Positions 62,241 through 64,000 of a stretch of DNA of 64,000 bases are shown here, piece after piece. The notes under the pieces were generated by a model. That model made no database searches, had not been told where the DNA came from, and was given only the letters and a program-made list of their open reading frames with translations. The position numbers and the translations under genes were made by a program. The stretch is from an uncultured Chloroflexia bacterium (GTDB lineage: Bacteria > Chloroflexota > Limnocylindria > Limnocylindrales > CSP1-4): assembly GCA_963833705.1 (NCBI GenBank), contig CAWHYQ010000001.1, positions 571,656-635,655 on the forward strand. Reading direction: 5' to 3'. Positions within the stretch are counted from its first letter, which is position 1; the number at the start of each line of letters is the position of its first letter.

Positions 62241-64000
62241 CCGCGGTCGACCCCGGTCGACGCCGCGGATAGAGGTAGTCGACGCCCGCCGTTCGAGGCC
62301 CGAGCTTCGCGATCGGCGGCACCTGCCGCTTGAACTCGGCTCCGGCGACCATCCGATCCACCCGTTCGACCATCGCCGCATCGAACCCGAGCCCGACCAT
62401 CTCCTCGATGGATCGCCGCTTGTCGATCCGCCAGAACAGCAGGCGATCGAGGACCGGATAGCTGAAGCCGCCCTCGATCTCGTCGGTCTGGCCGGGCCAC
62501 AGGTCGGCCGATGGCGCCTTGCGCACGATCGCGTCGGGTACGCCGACGGCGACGGCCAGCTGGCGGACCTGGCTCTTGTACAGGTCGCCGATCGGGTTGA
62601 AGGCGCACGCCGAGTCGCCGAACAACGTCGTGTAGCCGATGAGCGACTCGGTCTTGTTGCCGGTCCCGACGACGAGGCCACCCCAGGTGACCGAGCGGTC
62701 GTACAGGATCGCCATCCGCATCCGTGCCGCGAAGTTGCCCCGGCGGAGCGCGCTCGCGGCCAGCCCTTCGGGTCCGCTCGCGCCGACCGCGTCCGCGTCG
62801 GCTCGCTCGTGCTCCGCCGCCCCCACCCCGCCGCCGACACCGTAGAACCCGTCCACCATCGGGCTGATGTCGACGACCTCGCCGGAGATCCCGAGATCAG
62901 CCACCACCGTCTCCGCGTCCGCGCGCGACTCGGGCGACGAGGTCCGGTACGGCATCAGCACCGCGTGCAGACGGTCGGCCCCGATCGCCTCGACCGACAG
63001 GTACGCCACGAGCGCGGAATCGACCCCGCCGGACAACCCGAGCACGAGGCGATCGAAGCCGGCCTGGCGCAGCTGGCCGCGGATGAAGCCGTGGATCACG
63101 CGCCGCGCGACGTCGGTGTCGATGGCGAGTTCGACGGGGCAGCTCGAACGCGGGATCGTCGGTCGCCTTCATCCGCGCGGCTCGGCCGGAGCAGGTCGAA
63201 CCCAGGCTCGGCACCGGGCTCGGCCGTGGCGTCGGTCGCCAGGCCAGCGCGTTCCGCGACGATCCGGGTCAACTCGCGGACATGGAGCTCCGGCCGCTCG
63301 TCGCGCAGCAGCGGCAGGGCGATCCGCTCGCGGCGGATGTCCGCCGGCGCGATGTCGACCATGAACAGGCCCTCGTCGTAGAACGGGGCACTGAACAACG
63401 CCTCCCCGCTCGGCGCGATGACCTCGGAACCGCCCCAGAACGAGATCGACTCGTCGACACCTACGCGGTTGCAGAAGATGACGAACGACGTCGTCAGCTG
63501 CGCGTACGTTCGCATCAGCGTTCGCCACGAGGTCGCCGTGCCGAGCCCGACCTCGTTGGTCGCCGCAAGGTCGCGCCCGGGCGACGACGACACGTTGATG
63601 AGGATCTGCGCCCCGTCGAGCGCCAGCAGCTGGGGCACGGACAGATGCCAGAAGTCCTCGCACACGCCGATGCCGAGACCCGCCCCGAGGCGCGAAGGGA
63701 TCGCGCGCAGCACGTCGCCCGCCGCGAAGAACCGGCGCTCGTCGAACAGCCCGTACGTCGGCAGGAAGAGCTTGCGGTGGACGTGCCGGATGGCCCCATC
63801 CTCGAGCAGTGCCGCGGCGATGAACAGGCGATGGTCGGCCGATTCCTCGACGAAGGAGACGACCGCCGACGATCCCTTCGTGGCTGCCGCCAGCTGCGCC
63901 AGGCGCGGGTCGTCGAGGCGCATGGCGACCTCCGAGGCGAGGTCCTGCAGGAGGTAGCCGGTCAGGCCGAGCTCGGGGAACACGACGAGATCCGCTCCCC
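62237..64000 (-). pseudogene. nadE: Glutamine-dependent NAD+ synthetase (CN-hydrolase plus NAD synthetase domains). 5' end lies outside the window. About 3 frame breaks.
   Basis: CN-hydrolase part (...ADLVVFPELGLTGY, GVCEDFWH) in ORF 63096-63983 and beyond. Linker DPAFELP in a second frame. ELAIDTDVARRVIHGFIRGQL...GLSGGVDSALVA (PP-loop)...PYRTSSPES in a third (ORF 62002-63099). The natural stop is probably the TGA at 62237-62239, reachable only after another shift. Confidence 0.75.

Overview
Very GC-rich (about 70% by eye) bacterial chromosomal segment with about 60 tightly packed genes. I saw no rRNA, tRNA, CRISPR array, transposase or integrase. The lineage looks like a high-GC Gram-positive-type phylum (Actinomycetota or similar), based on the ligA..gatC-gatA..gatB neighbourhood, a perfect CIRCE upstream of groES-groEL, and a CUT1 sugar ABC system with no ATPase of its own. 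That placement is inference only.

Gene order:
- 1-3.9 kb, minus strand: P-loop regulator fragment, ECF sigma factor, SGNH hydrolase, P450, and a frame-broken nucleoside hydrolase.
- 4.1-9.2 kb, plus strand: BMP-family nucleoside ABC importer.
- 9.3-11.5 kb: frame-broken CoA-binding gene, a small membrane protein, and frame-broken gatB.
- 11.6-18.8 kb: LacI regulator with two palindromic operators, sugar ABC system and GH116 beta-glucosidase.
- 18.8-22.9 kb: aminotransferase, SRPBCC protein, gatA and gatC.
- 22.9-32.5 kb: GNAT, small zinc-ribbon genes, DinB-like protein, ligA, FMN-dependent alpha-hydroxy-acid oxidase, pcrA and a lipoprotein.
- 33.0-39.0 kb: groEL, groES with CIRCE, a lipoprotein, tatD, metG and a DUF1269-like protein.
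- 39.1-52.3 kb: an 11-cistron purine super-operon, purA-D-B-C-S-Q-L-F-M-(N~H).
- 52.7-59.4 kb: GGDEF/HD-GYP protein, a secreted protein, a VOC protein, two paralogous Cys-rich zinc-ribbon proteins and a membrane-anchored hypothetical.
- 59.6-64.0 kb: ssb, a CaCA antiporter, rsmI and glutamine-dependent nadE, all riddled with single-base frame breaks.

Most notable observations:
- An in-frame PurN-PurH fusion.
- A terminator-capped structured leader or sRNA at the head of the pur operon.
- A tandem pair of uncharacterised Cys-rich proteins.
- An identical APSAA lipoprotein linker encoded with different serine codon families in two binding proteins.
- A striking local cluster of frameshifts, which is probably a sequence-quality problem but should be checked.

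I could not identify a clear, complete novel multi-gene system such as a defence island from sequence alone.
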